Shown here: positions 43,040-61,200 of the stretch, piece after piece
Layout: every line of letters starts with the position of its first letter
Numbering within the stretch: position 1 is the first letter of the stretch
NCBI RefSeq assembly: GCF_009914755.1
Contig: NC_060925.1
DNA: 64,000 bases
Reading direction: 5' to 3' (one strand)
DNA from: the human T2T-CHM13v2.0 reference genome, Homo sapiens
Program-made: the position numbers and the translations under genes
The notes under the pieces: model-generated
What the model saw: only the letters and a program-made list of their open reading frames with translations
Told to the model about the DNA's origin: nothing
Databases searched by the model: none

Positions 43040-44660
43040 AGTCTTGAGGGAACAAAGATCGGATCTCCCGGCCCAAGGAGTACGGAAGCGAAGCCTCCCC
43101 TGCGCGCGGCAGCCACCGTGCGTAACCTCCCCTGAACCGAGTAGCAGCCGCCTGAGCCCACCCAGCCCTGGGCGAGGCTGCCTCAGAAGCCGGATTTCAG
43201 CAGAGTGGGTGCAGGATCTGCTTTAATTCTGCTCATCTTATTCTCGGGGACCACACCCTGCGCGCCGGGAGGAAGGGCTCCAAAACCACAGGGCGGAGGC
43301 TTCCGCGCGGCCCCAGACTTGACCATCTATGGTCACAGAACACACCGACCAAACAGGAAGTGGGGTGAGAGCGGAGGGTTCCCTACCTTCCCAGCCCCGC
43401 GACTGCCAGCCGGGCTGGGGCTGACCCACCGCGCCCTCACTGACCCCCACGCCCTGCGCCCAGTCTCCGCAAGTCCTCCCACAACAATGTCCAGACTAAT
43501 TGCCTTCCCACGTCACAAACGGGGAAACCGAGGTATGCACGCCCAGAGACAGGCGGAGCGTGGCCTCGATCACCACCGAGAGCTGACGGCCGCCCGGATT
43601 CCCGCCCTCAGAGAATCCTGGCCCCCAGTCGTTCCAAGACCCTTTACGGACTGCAGCTTAAAGGAACCGGCCTCTGCCATTGAGACCAAACTGACAGAGG
43701 AACTGGTCACTCTTCTGTTCTTTCCAGAGAGGAGCTTAGCCAGGGACTTCTGCCCTTCCTGGGCCCGGGCCTCGGGGGCGATTCCGGGTAGGTAAAGCGG
43801 AACGAGGGCGTGGCCTCTCTTGTGAGCCCGCCCTCCCCGTGTCGCTCCCGCCTTGAGGGCGGGGCTCTTTCCCAAGTGCCCTCTGTAAGAGCCGGGCCGC
43901 TCTCTCCGGGGCGTGGCGAAGAGGGGCGGAGTCACGAGCGGGGCGGTGAGACTTCCTGCCCAGTCGCGGGCCAGCCTAGCGCTTCAGCCGGCGGCTCATT
44001 TCCGGTGGGGGCGCCGCGCCCAGTGAGGGCCCGGAAGTGGGTCGCGCGGAGATTGCTGGGCGGTTCTTGCCGGAAGCGGAGAGCGGCTGATCGCAGTCCG
44101 GAGGTGAGGCGGAACTCTGAGGTGAGGGTGTGCAGCTTGGTAGGGATTGGGGTCCCTTCCGGGGCCCATCGGCCCCTGGTGGTGTTAATGGCCCTTCTGG
44201 CCTACGCGCGTGTCATGAACCCTGCCGAGAGGGCCGGGGCTGAGGCCCTCAGGCCGACCCGGACTCTTGGGCGCGGTCTCTTGAGGTGGGGCCGGGGTGA
44301 GCAGCTGAGTCCGGGTGCCCCGGGGAGGCCCCTCTGCCCGATTTCGCAGCGCTGCCCATCAGCTTCAGCGGAGGCCTGATTCCTGAGGTGCTCTGACTGG
44401 AAGGAACCTCCGAGATCGGAGAGTCTTCCCTGTCTCCTGTTGATGCTCCCATTGCACTGATAGGTAAATTGATCCCTAGAGAAGAGGCTAGTCTGAGATA
44501 TATAGCGAGTGAGGAAAAGAATCGGAATCATGATCCTGGTGCCTTAGATAACCAGCCCCAGTTCTTCCCGTGTTGCTCGGAACCTCTCTAACTTGGGATG
44601 GTCTTCCGGTCGGTGTTGCCCCGCAGGCTGCTGCAGGTTAAAGGCCAGCGCTGCGTGGAA
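43040..44660. promoter_or_regulatory. CAP1: CpG island / CAP1 promoter
   Basis: Abrupt GC- and CpG-rich non-repeat segment; GC/KLF boxes (43806-43814, 43855-43866, 43908-43917, 43923-43932, 43940-43948); ETS motifs ACTTCCTG 43951-43958, ATTTCCGG 43998-44005, CCGGAAGTG 44031-44039, CCGGAAGC 44070-44077; no TATA box seen; nearest island upstream of the CAP1 start codon. Confidence 0.92.
44031..44121 (+). other. CAP1: CAP1 non-coding first exon (5' end approximate)
   Basis: Follows the ETS/GC-box cluster; donor GAG|GTGAGG at 44121|44122 (identical donor at 44103|44104). Confidence 0.7.
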
Positions 44661-44748
44661 CTTTTTTTTTTCTCTCCTCCCAAATTGAGCCGTTTGAAAT
44701 GCCTAGGGAGTTTTTAAAAGAAAGGCGGGCACATCCTTGTATTTACAG

Positions 44749-44813
44749 GCAGATATCCTCCCTTTCCTCCTCGGCTGCTGCTCTTACTTTGACAAGCCAG
44801 GCTAACATTGAAG
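44749..44813 (+). other. CAP1: Candidate alternative CAP1 5'UTR exon
   Basis: Acceptor CCTTGTATTTACAG|G at 44748|44749; donor AAG|GTATGT at 44813|44814; contains no ATG; could instead be the 3' end of an alternative first exon. Confidence 0.55.
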
Positions 44814-44959
44814 GTATGTACTTCTGGACCTGAAATCAGACGGCTCAGGTTTGGTCTGGCCTCAGTGCTAAGTGTCTGTGGCCATAGGTGCCTTAAACTT
44901 CTTTCAGCCTCCTTTTGTTCATCTTTTAAGTGGAGATCTCTGCTGACCCCACAAGATTA

Positions 44960-46380
44960 AATTCAGCGTAACAAATTGTGTTTATTCTGTGCCAGCATTT
45001 TCCCAGATGCGGGGAATGCAGCTTTAAAACAAAACAATGTAGACCCTGCCCGCGTGGAGCTAGCAGTGTTTGCAGGGATGTTTAAGAAGTAATTATAAAT
45101 GTTGATGAGTGTTAGGAAAGAACAGGGTGCTCTGAAAGTATGTAACAGGGGGTTCAGGAAAAGCCCTTCTGAAGAAGCAGAGTTTTTAAGATGAATTTTG
45201 AAGGATAAATAGGAATGCGTTCGAAGAGTGGAATGAGAACATTTGAGACAGGTTAGCATCAGAACTGTGTCAGTTGAAGCTCTTTGTGGGGCTCTCTCTT
45301 CAAGAGAAAATCCGGGGGCATATCAGCACATTTATCATTTACCAGACTTTTATTTAATTTATTTATTTGTATTTTTAGTAGAGATGGGGTTTCGCCGTGA
45401 AGGCCAGGCTGCTCTCGAACTCCTAACCTCAGGTGATCCCCCCACCTCGGCCTCCCAAAGTGCTGGGATTACGGGCATGATCCACCGTGCCCGGCCCCAC
45501 CAGACGTTTATTAAGACCTTAATATGTATGAGGCACATTTTAATGAGATAGCCTTTGTGGCAAAGAATACAGTTCTTCTGGAGTTTACAGTGGGAGAGGA
45601 AATAGACAAGTAAATGAGGGATGGCTTACAGTGTCATAGTGCATAGCACAGGGCTACAAGAGCACAGTGGAGAAATACCTGAGCCAGGTGCCCAGGGTTC
45701 CAGGAGGAAATGGGAGGCTAACTCTTGAAATATTTATTTAGCTACATAGGGAATCCGGAAAAGGGATTTCCAGGCAGAGACTACTACAGGTGCAAGGACC
45801 TGGAGAACCGGACAGCTGAAAGACCATGACGAGTTCAGTGTGACTGGAATTCTAGTAATGGCTGGGGAAGTGGAGGAAGTGAGATGTGGTCAGGTCAGTC
45901 ATATGTGGAGGACATTGTAAGTCATGCTAAGGAATTTGGATTTTTACCCTGAAAGCTATGGAGATGCTTTGAAGGGTTTTATGCAGGAAAATGATGTCGT
46001 CAGATTTATATTTCAGAAAGTTCATTCTGTCAAGTAGGAGGGGACCAGCCCTGTGGGGAAGTAAAACAGTGTTTGGAAGCTCTTGCTGTAGACATGGCCT
46101 GAACTAAGACAGTGGAAATGGGAATGGAGAGGAGGCATCAGATGTGAGCAATATTAAGAAGATAGAATCCATAGAATTGGAGGCTGATTATGGGAATGAA
46201 GAGGTAAGAATAGCGCGATTGCCTGGCTTTCTGGCTTAGGGAACTGAATGGGTAGTACCATTCAGATAGAGAGTATGAGAGGTAAATTAGGGAAGTGACA
46301 TGGGAAAAAATGCATTTTGAATGTTTTTAGTTTGAGGTGTTTGTAGCACATCCAGGCAAAGATGTCTAATAAGGTGGGTC
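44960..46380 (-). mobile_element. L2 fragments in CAP1 intron 1 (with an Alu monomer at ~45350-45497)
   Basis: GACCCTGCCCGCGTGGAGCT, TAAGGAATTTGGATTTTTACC, TTTGAAGGGTTTTATGCAGG motifs. Confidence 0.7.
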
Positions 46381-46514
46381 AGCTAAAGGAAAGAGCAAGA
46401 GTAAAGATACGGAGGCAGGAGAGGGCCTAAATTGTTCAGTGATACTGGGGCCTGGAGTTTTGCAGAAGACCAGACTGCAAAAAAGGTTAGATGTCGGCCA
46501 AGTTGTGAAGGGCT

Positions 46515-47215
<701 letters not shown>

Positions 47216-48054
47216 AAGAAATTTCTCGCTTTTTCCAGAAATACTTCCTCAATTGGGTAGGCATAATTGATATCTCAGAGAAGTTTAAATAAAATGGTAG
47301 CAGCAAAAGTACTTTGTAGAATACAGCCTGATGTGCAAACCAAAAGTGGTGATATTGTTAAGATTCAGTGAGTATATTTTTGCTTTGGAGTTTAGCTATT
47401 GAGTCTGTAAAATGTTTTGTTTCCAACCTAGGGATGATCTTTTATTCTCACCCTTTTTCCTGGTTGCAGTTATTTTTTTAGCTTTTAAAAAGTGACTTTC
47501 TTGAGGCTGAGTTAGAGACTAGCCTGGTCAACATAGTGAGACCCCTGTCTCTACCAGAAAAAAAAAAGGTGACTTCCTCCTTTCAGTTTTTTGTGAAGCA
47601 TTGTGAATCAAATTTTTTTTTACTTAAGCAAATGCAATGTGTCACTGGAAGCCGAACCTCTGGTTTGAAATTTAATGCTGAGATTTGAAATATGAGAGTT
47701 CTCGAGCGGTATCTTACCCAATTTTAGTGATTATTACTTTGAAATGTTGACATCAGTTTCTTTCTTTATTTGTGCTAACCTGGCTTTCATGACCTATACT
47801 TCAGTTTCTCTATGACAACCAGACAAATCTTTTTAAAGTTCTCTAAGAAGAAGCATTTTTCATCTTGTTAGTCTTCACTGACTTCATATTTACAAAGAAT
47901 AAATTCTGAACTCTTTTTTCCATCTTACAGAATTCTCTACAGTTTAGACCCTTATCTTAATTTTTATTAGATGATACAGGTTGACTTTCTAATTTAGAAA
48001 GTCGTGAACTAGCATTTTACTTAACCTTTTGCACCTCCCTATGCTCCTTATTAA

Positions 48055-48574
<520 letters not shown>

Positions 48575-48846
48575 CGTTAGAAAGTATCGTAGCTATGATT
48601 GTACAATGTCCCCAACTAAATTCTGTGAGGGCAGGCCCCATAGCCATACTTAGCACAGTCGATGGTACATGATAAGCACTCAGTATCCTACAATGAATGA
48701 ATCATTTGTTTCTGTTGAAGCTTCAAGAAATTACTGTTCCTTCAAGGAATTTCTGGGTGGGCAGGTTGGAGTACAATGGTGCAATCATGGCTGATTGCAA
48801 CCTCCAACTTTTGGGCTCAAGTAATCTTCTCGCTTCAGCCTCCTGA

Positions 48847-49014
<168 letters not shown>

Positions 49015-49877
49015 TAGAGGCACACACCACCACACTCAGCTAATTTTTGTATTTTTAGTAGGGACAGGGTTTTGCCATGTTGGCCAGGCTGGTCTCGAAC
49101 TCCTCAAGGGAACCACCCACCTCAGCCTCTCAAAGTGCTGGGATTACAGGCATGAGCCACCATGCGCTCGGCCAAATGTTTGATTTTTTTCAGAGACAGG
49201 GTCTTGCTATGTTGCCTGGGCTGGTCTTAAACCCCTGGCCTCAGGTGATTCTCTGGCCTCAGTCTCCTGAGTCACTGGGATTACAGGCATGAGCCACCAC
49301 ACCTGGCAGATGTGATCTTAAGAGAAGTGCCATTGGTTTGAGTACTAGAAGCAAGCTTCTTGTTGATGGTGTAAGTCAGCAGATTTCCCTCTCTATTGAA
49401 AATTGTGTGAATTCCTGTTTTGTTTGTGTTCCTTGTATTTAGAGTGCTTGGTTTTAGTGGACAGGGACTATCATTTATTTTAAAGTTGCATATAGGCTGG
49501 GCGTGGTGATTCACGCCTGTAATCCCAGCATTTTGGGAGGCCAAGGCGGGTGGATCACCTGAGGTCAGGAGTTCGAGACCAGCCTGGCCAACATGGTAAA
49601 ACCCCGTCCCTACTAAAATTACAAAAATTTGCTGGGTGTGGTGGCATGTACCGTAATCCCAACTACTAGGGAGGCTGAGGCAGGAGAATCACTTGAACCC
49701 GGGGAGGTGGAGGTTGCAGTGAGCTAAGATCGTGCCACTGCATGATCTGCGCCAGCTTGGGTGACAGAGCAAGACTCCGTCTCAAAAAAACAAAACAAAA
49801 CAAAAAAAACAAACAAACACTAAAGTTGCATATAGTTTATGGAGTTATTCACATTTATTTTAGTTGATAAAATTATA

Positions 49878-50541
<664 letters not shown>

Positions 50542-51369
50542 TAGTTTCATAATTTTAAATTAATGCAGCTACAGCATTCACCATGAAATTATTTCTTGAT
50601 GTACTATATGTTAACCTGATAAAAACAAAGTTCTAAAAATATGCCTCAGCTACAGTGCTGCTTTGTTTGCCTTGTATTACCAGACCTTTTGTGCCAAACT
50701 TTTCCATTTGGCTGGAAAATAGTTGAAATGTTTAATGGAAGGAGCAGACTTGCTTTGTTTTGTTTTGTTTTTTCCTCCAGAGGGCATTGAAATTCCTATA
50801 CTTTAGTTAATTATAGACTTACAGTCTTTCCATATTCCTACTTGTAGATGAATCATGGCTAAGGACAAACGTCATCCTTGAATCCATCTTTATATATTAG
50901 AGTGGGAAATGCTGTTTTATTAAAGCAACTATTCAGGCTGAAATCAGCCAATGCAGTTTTCCCTTACACGCTATAAAACATGTAGAAGTAGAAAGGGACT
51001 GCCGAGTGCTCTGTGCAATTAGTCTTCATAATATTCTTTGAACGTAGGAGAGAAGAGAACCCATGACCACACAAAGTTACCTGTTTGCTCCAGACATTGA
51101 AACAGCTAGTTCCCAAGTCTAATTTCACTTTATACACTAACTTTACTCACTCCTGGAGTTTCAGGTAGAGGACATGTGTAAGGAGGGAACAGGAGACAGG
51201 TGTTGATGTTGGGTTGGATTCCTTCCCTCCGTAGAAGATAGGCCTTTCTTTTAAAATCTAAACCTCGGGTGGCAGTGACTCAGGCACTAAATGTCATTGG
51301 TTTAATCAGTGAAACCAAATGCTTAGAGAAGAACAGTGGCTCCTGATTTGGGTTAGACTTAGATGGCAT

Positions 51370-51690
51370 CTTTTTTTTTTTTTTGAGATGGTGTCTTGCT
51401 CTGTCTTGGCTCACCGTAACCTCCGCCTCCCGGGTTCAAGCAGTTCTCCTGCCTCAGCCTCCTGAGTAGCTGGGATTACAGGCATGAGCCATTGCACCCA
51501 CCCACCATCACGCCTGGCTAATTTTTTTATTTTTGTATTTTTAGTAGAGACGGGGTTTTGCCATGTTGGCCAGGCTGGTCTCGAACTCCTGACCTCAGGT
51601 GATCTGCCCTTCTCAGCCTCCCAAAGCGCTGGGATTACAGGCATGAGCCATTGCACCTGGCCTTACAGGCATGAGCCATTGCACCTGGCC
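51370..51690 (-). mobile_element. Internally rearranged Alu
   Basis: TSD A(G/A)ATGGCATCTTT; ~28-bp deletion at 51405/6; 28-bp tandem duplication 51635-51690. Confidence 0.88.
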
Positions 51691-53719
51691 TAAATGGCAT
51701 CTTTACTGGGGCAAAGTGGTGCCTGTTATTTGGTTTCTGTGTTAAACAAGCCAACTTGTATCTTCTGGTAGCATGTGTAGGTTTTACTTTGTGACATGTT
51801 AAAACCTCGTGATAAGAATTCATTAGAAGTAGAACTAACTACTACATAGTTTAGTGGTAATTTAGAAGGGATAGTCAAGTAGAGATTTTTATTATTATTA
51901 TAAAATATTATATGTTAAAAGAAAGTTTGGAAAACAGGTAGAAATTGTCAAAAACCCATCACCCAAATGTGACAAATATTGTAAATTTTGCGTTCAAGTT
52001 TTTTTCCACACTTCATTTAGCTATTCCCCTATAATTAGAAGTCCAAGATAGATATAGATAGATCAATAGATCTAACATTGCAGCAAACATCTCCATGCTT
52101 ATCACTTTTCTCACATTATGATTTACTTTCTTAGGATAAAACCTCAGGAACAGGATTACAAAATTAAGAGAAGCATTTTGAAGCAAATCAATTGGGCTAC
52201 CATAGTAGACAGGCTGATTTGTATGGGTGCTTTATTTTCAATTTTACCTAAGGATGATGACTTAGAAAAACAACTGTGGGACAAAGTAGAAAACATTTCA
52301 AGCATAGCAACTTCCTACTCAAGTAGAAATTCATGCTACTGTCTTAATTGCCTGGTGGGATGCAACAAGAACTGCACGCATAACCTGGTTCCATTTACTT
52401 CTGAATGACTTCCTTGAATAGGCAGAAGGAATTGGGTTAAGTTGTTAGAAGTATAAGAGTGTGAAGCAGCTTTGGCAGGAATCACTAGCCATTTCTAATT
52501 TTTTTTTTTTTTTTTTTTTTTTTTTTGAGACAGAGTGTCTCTCTGTCGCCCAGGCTGGAGTGCAGTGGCGCGATCTCGGCTCACTGCAAATCTCCGCCTC
52601 CTGGATTCAAGAGATTCTTGTGCCTCAGTTCTGGCAGAAGGTGGTGTTTTTACAAGATGATTTCTAGGATTACAGGCATGCACCACCATGCCTGGTTAAT
52701 TTTTGTATTTTTAGTAGAGACGAGGTTTCGCCATTTTAGCCAGGCTGGTCTCGAACTCTTGACCTCAGGTTATCTACCCGCCTCAGCCTCCCTAAGTGCT
52801 GAGATTACAGGCCTGAGCCACTGCGCCAGGCCTGGTTTTTTGGTTTCAAACCACAATAGACATTGCTGGAGAATCAAGCTCATAGTTTCTTTTTACTCTG
52901 CATGATATCCCTCCAAAAGCTTGTCTATTCTCATGACTTCATGACAGTTCTTTGCCAATGATTTGCAAACATTATCTCCAGTCTTGATTCTTTCCTAGGC
53001 TTTATTTCTAAATACTCACTAGTCATTTCCACTTAGAAGCTTTGTCTTCTTTTCAAACTCAGCATATCCAAAACTGACCTCATCTTGTTGCCCTAACTAG
53101 AACATGCCACAACCCATTTCTGCCTATAATGTCATTATTCTCTTAAGGCCCCCATATTTGCAAATCAGGAGTCATCTTTGCCTCCCTTCTCTGAATGCTG
53201 CTGTGCTCACAGTCAGTACCATACAGTTAGTACTTGTTCTCAGTTTAATGCACACTTGTTTCATATGACCTCCTAGGGCAGAACCAAGATTCGTGGGTGG
53301 AAGTTGCAGGGAGGCAGATTTGCCTCCATATAAGGAAGAACTTTTTAATACTTTGAGCTGTCTGAATGGAATGGACTGCCTCCAGAAGTCTCGGGTTCTC
53401 CATCACTGAAGGTGTTTGAGCAGAGGCTGCCTGACTAATTGCTAATTGAAAGGACTGTTCTGGCATAAGATGGTGTTTTTACAAGATGATTTCTAGAATC
53501 CCTCTAATCCTGAGAGCCAGTGAGTCGATAGAAGGTAGCTTTGTCTCTCCTGCTAGACTCCCTTAGGACAGGGAGACTATTTTACCTTTCTTTTATATTC
53601 TGTACAGCACTTAATTCAGGTGCTGGTCTCTTAATTGCCTAAAGATGATTATTTACAGGTTAATTGATTCTTTTCATTTTGTTCCAATATTTGGTTAAAC
53701 ACCAAATATTGTGGATTTT

Positions 53720-54170
<451 letters not shown>

Positions 54171-54704
54171 CTAACTTTCTAGACCCTAATATCATCACTT
54201 GTCTCCACATCCCATTCTGTTTATCAGACAGTACTTGTAAGCTCTTTGCTTTCATCATATTATTCTTTCACTCAAAACCCTTGAATGGCTTCACATTGAT
54301 CACAACGTCAAATTTAAATTTTCCCTGGCTTTCAGTGCCCTCCATCATCTGGCCCAGCTTGCTCATGCATCCTTGTTCCCTATAATACTCCATGTTCCAT
54401 GCAGGCTAACCCACTCACATTTTCTGTACATAGCCTGCTTGGTCTCCTTTTTTGCTTTTGACTTGCTCTGGAATGGCTTCCCTTTTTTCTCTTGCCTCTT
54501 CAAGATGCCTCACTTCCCTCCTGAAACCAAGCTACCGCCAGTCCTCATTGATTTCCTCTGAACTCTCAGAGCATGTAGTAATTTATGTAATTCAGAACCG
54601 TAGCAACAACATTCTGTGAAGAAAAATCTGCAAGAATAGGCTGATAATTTAACTTTCCCTAATCCAACTGGATATTCCCATAATAAAACTTTTAAAAATA
54701 TAGG

Positions 54705-57179
<2,475 letters not shown>

Positions 57180-57569
57180 ATCTGGCAAGCTTTTAACTGC
57201 TGTGAATGTCAGTTCAGTTTCTTCATTCTAAAAATAGGGATCAATGTCTGCGTAACATACCTTGCAGAATTATTTTAAGTCTCCAAAGAATCAACAGATT
57301 AATAATGTTAAGCATTTACAACTATACAGAATTACTATATTTAATTGATATTATATATTCTAAGAAGAGTACTTTCCTTATGGTACTTAGTTTGAAGATC
57401 TCTATATCAGTGTGATTCGTGGCTGAGAAGGCAACATTTATTTGAAAGACAGGAGGGTTTGTAAGGTCCTGCAAAAGCAGATAAGCAAAAAATTAAAACA
57501 AAACAAAACAAAACACTTCTCCATGGATTCGATAGAGAAGATAGCCACACTGTGTTGAGGGGAGAGTAA

Positions 57570-57983
<414 letters not shown>

Positions 57984-58044
57984 TGACTGTTAGAGGAGAT
58001 CAGATGCATTCAGGGGATTATGGCCATAAACTCTTAGACTCTGA

Positions 58045-58233
<189 letters not shown>

Positions 58234-61200
58234 TAATTTTTGTATGTTTAGTAGAGATGGGATTTAGTAGAGACGGGGTTTTGCCATGTTGGCCAGGCTG
58301 ATCTCAAACTCCTGGCCTCAAGTGATTGCCTGTGTTGCCCTCCCAAAGTGCTGGGATTACAGGCGTGAGCCACCATGCCCGGCCAAATAAATGATTTTAA
58401 ACCAGTGTGTGCAGTGTTGTGACACAGATAAGTGCACAGTGTTGTGGTAGCACATACTAGAAATACTTCCCCAGGAGGTGATAACTTAGCTGAGACTTAA
58501 ATGACAATAGGAGTTCTAGAGGGGCAGATGGGAAAGGGAAAACATCTAAGCAGAGTGGATAGCATTATAAAGGCTCAGAAGTGAGAGAAAGCATGGCTTT
58601 TTCTGGAAAACGCAAGTAGTCCCGGGTTGCTGTAGTGTGCTAAGGAAAGGTGTAGCAAGAGATAAAACAGGAGTGGTAGAAGGTTAAACAGGACTAGATG
58701 AGAGAAACCCTTGTTTGGACTTTACCCTGAACGCTCTGGGGTATGTGTCAAATGCAACTCTAATATATCTTAAATGCAAATATAATTATAAATATTTCTT
58801 TAATACCATTCAGTACTCTGGGAAGTGTTGAGATAGATCACTCTGACTATAATATGGAGAATGGATGAACAAAGTTTATTACTGTAACTAGGGGAGACTA
58901 GCCAAGAAGTCATTGCAGTAATCTTGGTGAAGTCTTGATATCCTTTTTTTTTGAGACAGGATCTTGCTTTGTTGCCCAGGCTGGAGTGCAGTGGTACTCA
59001 TGGCTTACTGAAGCCTCTACCTTCTGGGCCTAAGCCATCCTCCCACCTCAGTCTCCCAGGTAGCTGGGACCACAGCTGTACACCACCATGCTTGGAAAAA
59101 TTTTAAATTATTTTTGTAGAGACAAGGTCTCCCTGTGTTGCCCCGGCTAGTCTTGAACTCCTGACCTCAAGCAACCCTCCTGTCTTGGCCTCCCAAAGTG
59201 CTGGGATTAGAGGAGTGAGCCACTGTGCCCAGCCAGTATCCTAACTCTTATCAGTCAGGATGGAGGCAAGGGGCATCTATTCATGAGATACACTAAATAG
59301 AGCCTATGGATTTTGATGACTGATAAGATGTTGTGGGGGAGTTTATGGAATCCTTACTATTTTCCAGGACTGTGCCAAGCACTTCTACATGGATTCCTTC
59401 ATTTATTCTCACTGAAGCCCTTTGGATTTTTGTGCTATTATTGTCTTCATTATAAAGATAAGGAAATTGAGTCTCAGAAAGTTTGATAACTGCTTATAGT
59501 CACAAAGCCAGTGCATATTGTTATTCAAACCTCCAATCTCTCTGATTTCTCTAAAGAACACTCTTATCCACTATATAATACTGCCCAACAGTTTCCAGTT
59601 ACTGACTTGATCAATCAGGTGATTGATAGCAGTGCTGGAGCAATGTTAGGGAATATGATTTCTGCTTTTGGACATTTCAGGTTGCCTTTGGGACATCCAG
59701 GTAGTGATGTCTAGGTGAAAGCTGGATTTTTTTTTTTTTTTGGAGACAGGGTCTCACTCTGTCACCCAGGCTGGAGTGCATGGTACAATCACTACTCATT
59801 GCATCCTCGACCTCCTGGGCTCAGGTAATCCTCACACCTCAGCCTCCTGGGTAGCTGGGACTACAGGTGTGTACCATCATGCCCGGCTAATTTTTTTATT
59901 TTCTGTAGAGATGGAATTTTGCCATGTTGTCCAGGCTGGTCGTGGACTCCTGAGCTCAAACACTTCCTCCCATCTTGGCATTCCAGAGTGCTGGGATTGT
60001 AGTTGTGAGCCACAGTACTTGGCCTGAATCTAAAATTTAATCCCAGATGAATGGCCTGAGCTAGATGGATATGCTGCTCTGGTAGTCTTTAGTCTATAGG
60101 TGGTTATGGTGGTACCACCTCGCAAATAGGCTGGGTGTTACTACAACAAGGGTAGTCAGAGGCTTTAGGAGTGTACATGACCACCGGAAGAATGTACGTG
60201 TGTGTAGAGAATAAGAAAAGGTGTGTCTTTCACACAACTGAATCTCATTCTCTACACACACATACAATGTCATACTTAAATTCTGGACATTATTTTCCAT
60301 AACATCTCAAATCTCATCTTACTCCCACCAAGAGCAAAAAAAAGCAGTTTCTGTTCTTTTGTATTTGGTTAATGGTAGAATGAGATTAGCTATAAATGGT
60401 AGCTGTATTGTCCTTTTTCATTCTGCTTAAGTCAGACAGCGGAACTTTAGCTTGTTTAGCAGTGAAAGCCTATAAATACAAATGAAATATGGAAAAAGGG
60501 AGCCAAAGTCCCATGAAGCTCTATTATTAAGCATTTAAGATTGGTAAATGTTCACAAACTCTGGCAGCCTCTAGCAATACATGTACTGTGTCTCCATGTT
60601 AACAGTGGTCTCAACCTGAAACATCCATGTATGAAGGAACATGTTTTAATAACAGAACTGAGTGGTATCTGTTCATGGAAGGTAGCTTAGGAGTTTATTG
60701 CGTTCCTTGCCTTTTCCCCTGGACTTATAGTGTGGTGGATTGTATATATATGTGAGTCTGTCTCTTGATCAGTATGCATAATGGAACAGGGCAGGAATTC
60801 AGATATCAGTTGATAGTGTCATAACATTAGGGAAAGTATGTTGACTGCTTATGGTCTGCTCTATTTGAGAGTAGGACATAGACCTGGAGGCTTCTGCTGC
60901 TGCTGCAGGCCAATGAATGGAAAGGTTTGTTTGGTTCTCATTCTCATTTTTTTTCTTTGCTTCTCTTTTAAACAACACTCTCTGACAAGTGATTGGGCCC
61001 ACAGAGACCAGAGCCTGTACACAGAGAATGGACAAAGACTATATTGTCTTCCTTACTTTATCTTGTGAGCTGCTTATCTCTTCCGCAGGGAGGACAATGT
61101 GTTAAATTGAGATAATTCTGGCATGCTGTCATCTTTGGGGGAATCATAATTGCTGTTGTCATTTTAGGCAGCTTCAAGGGAGTTGAGTTCATTCAGCTTC

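Noticed and set aside
43205-44531. 196, 189, 121 and 109 aa ORFs in the CpG island
   Set aside because: Mostly non-ATG starts, low-complexity G/P/R/A content expected from GC-rich DNA, no recognisable domain
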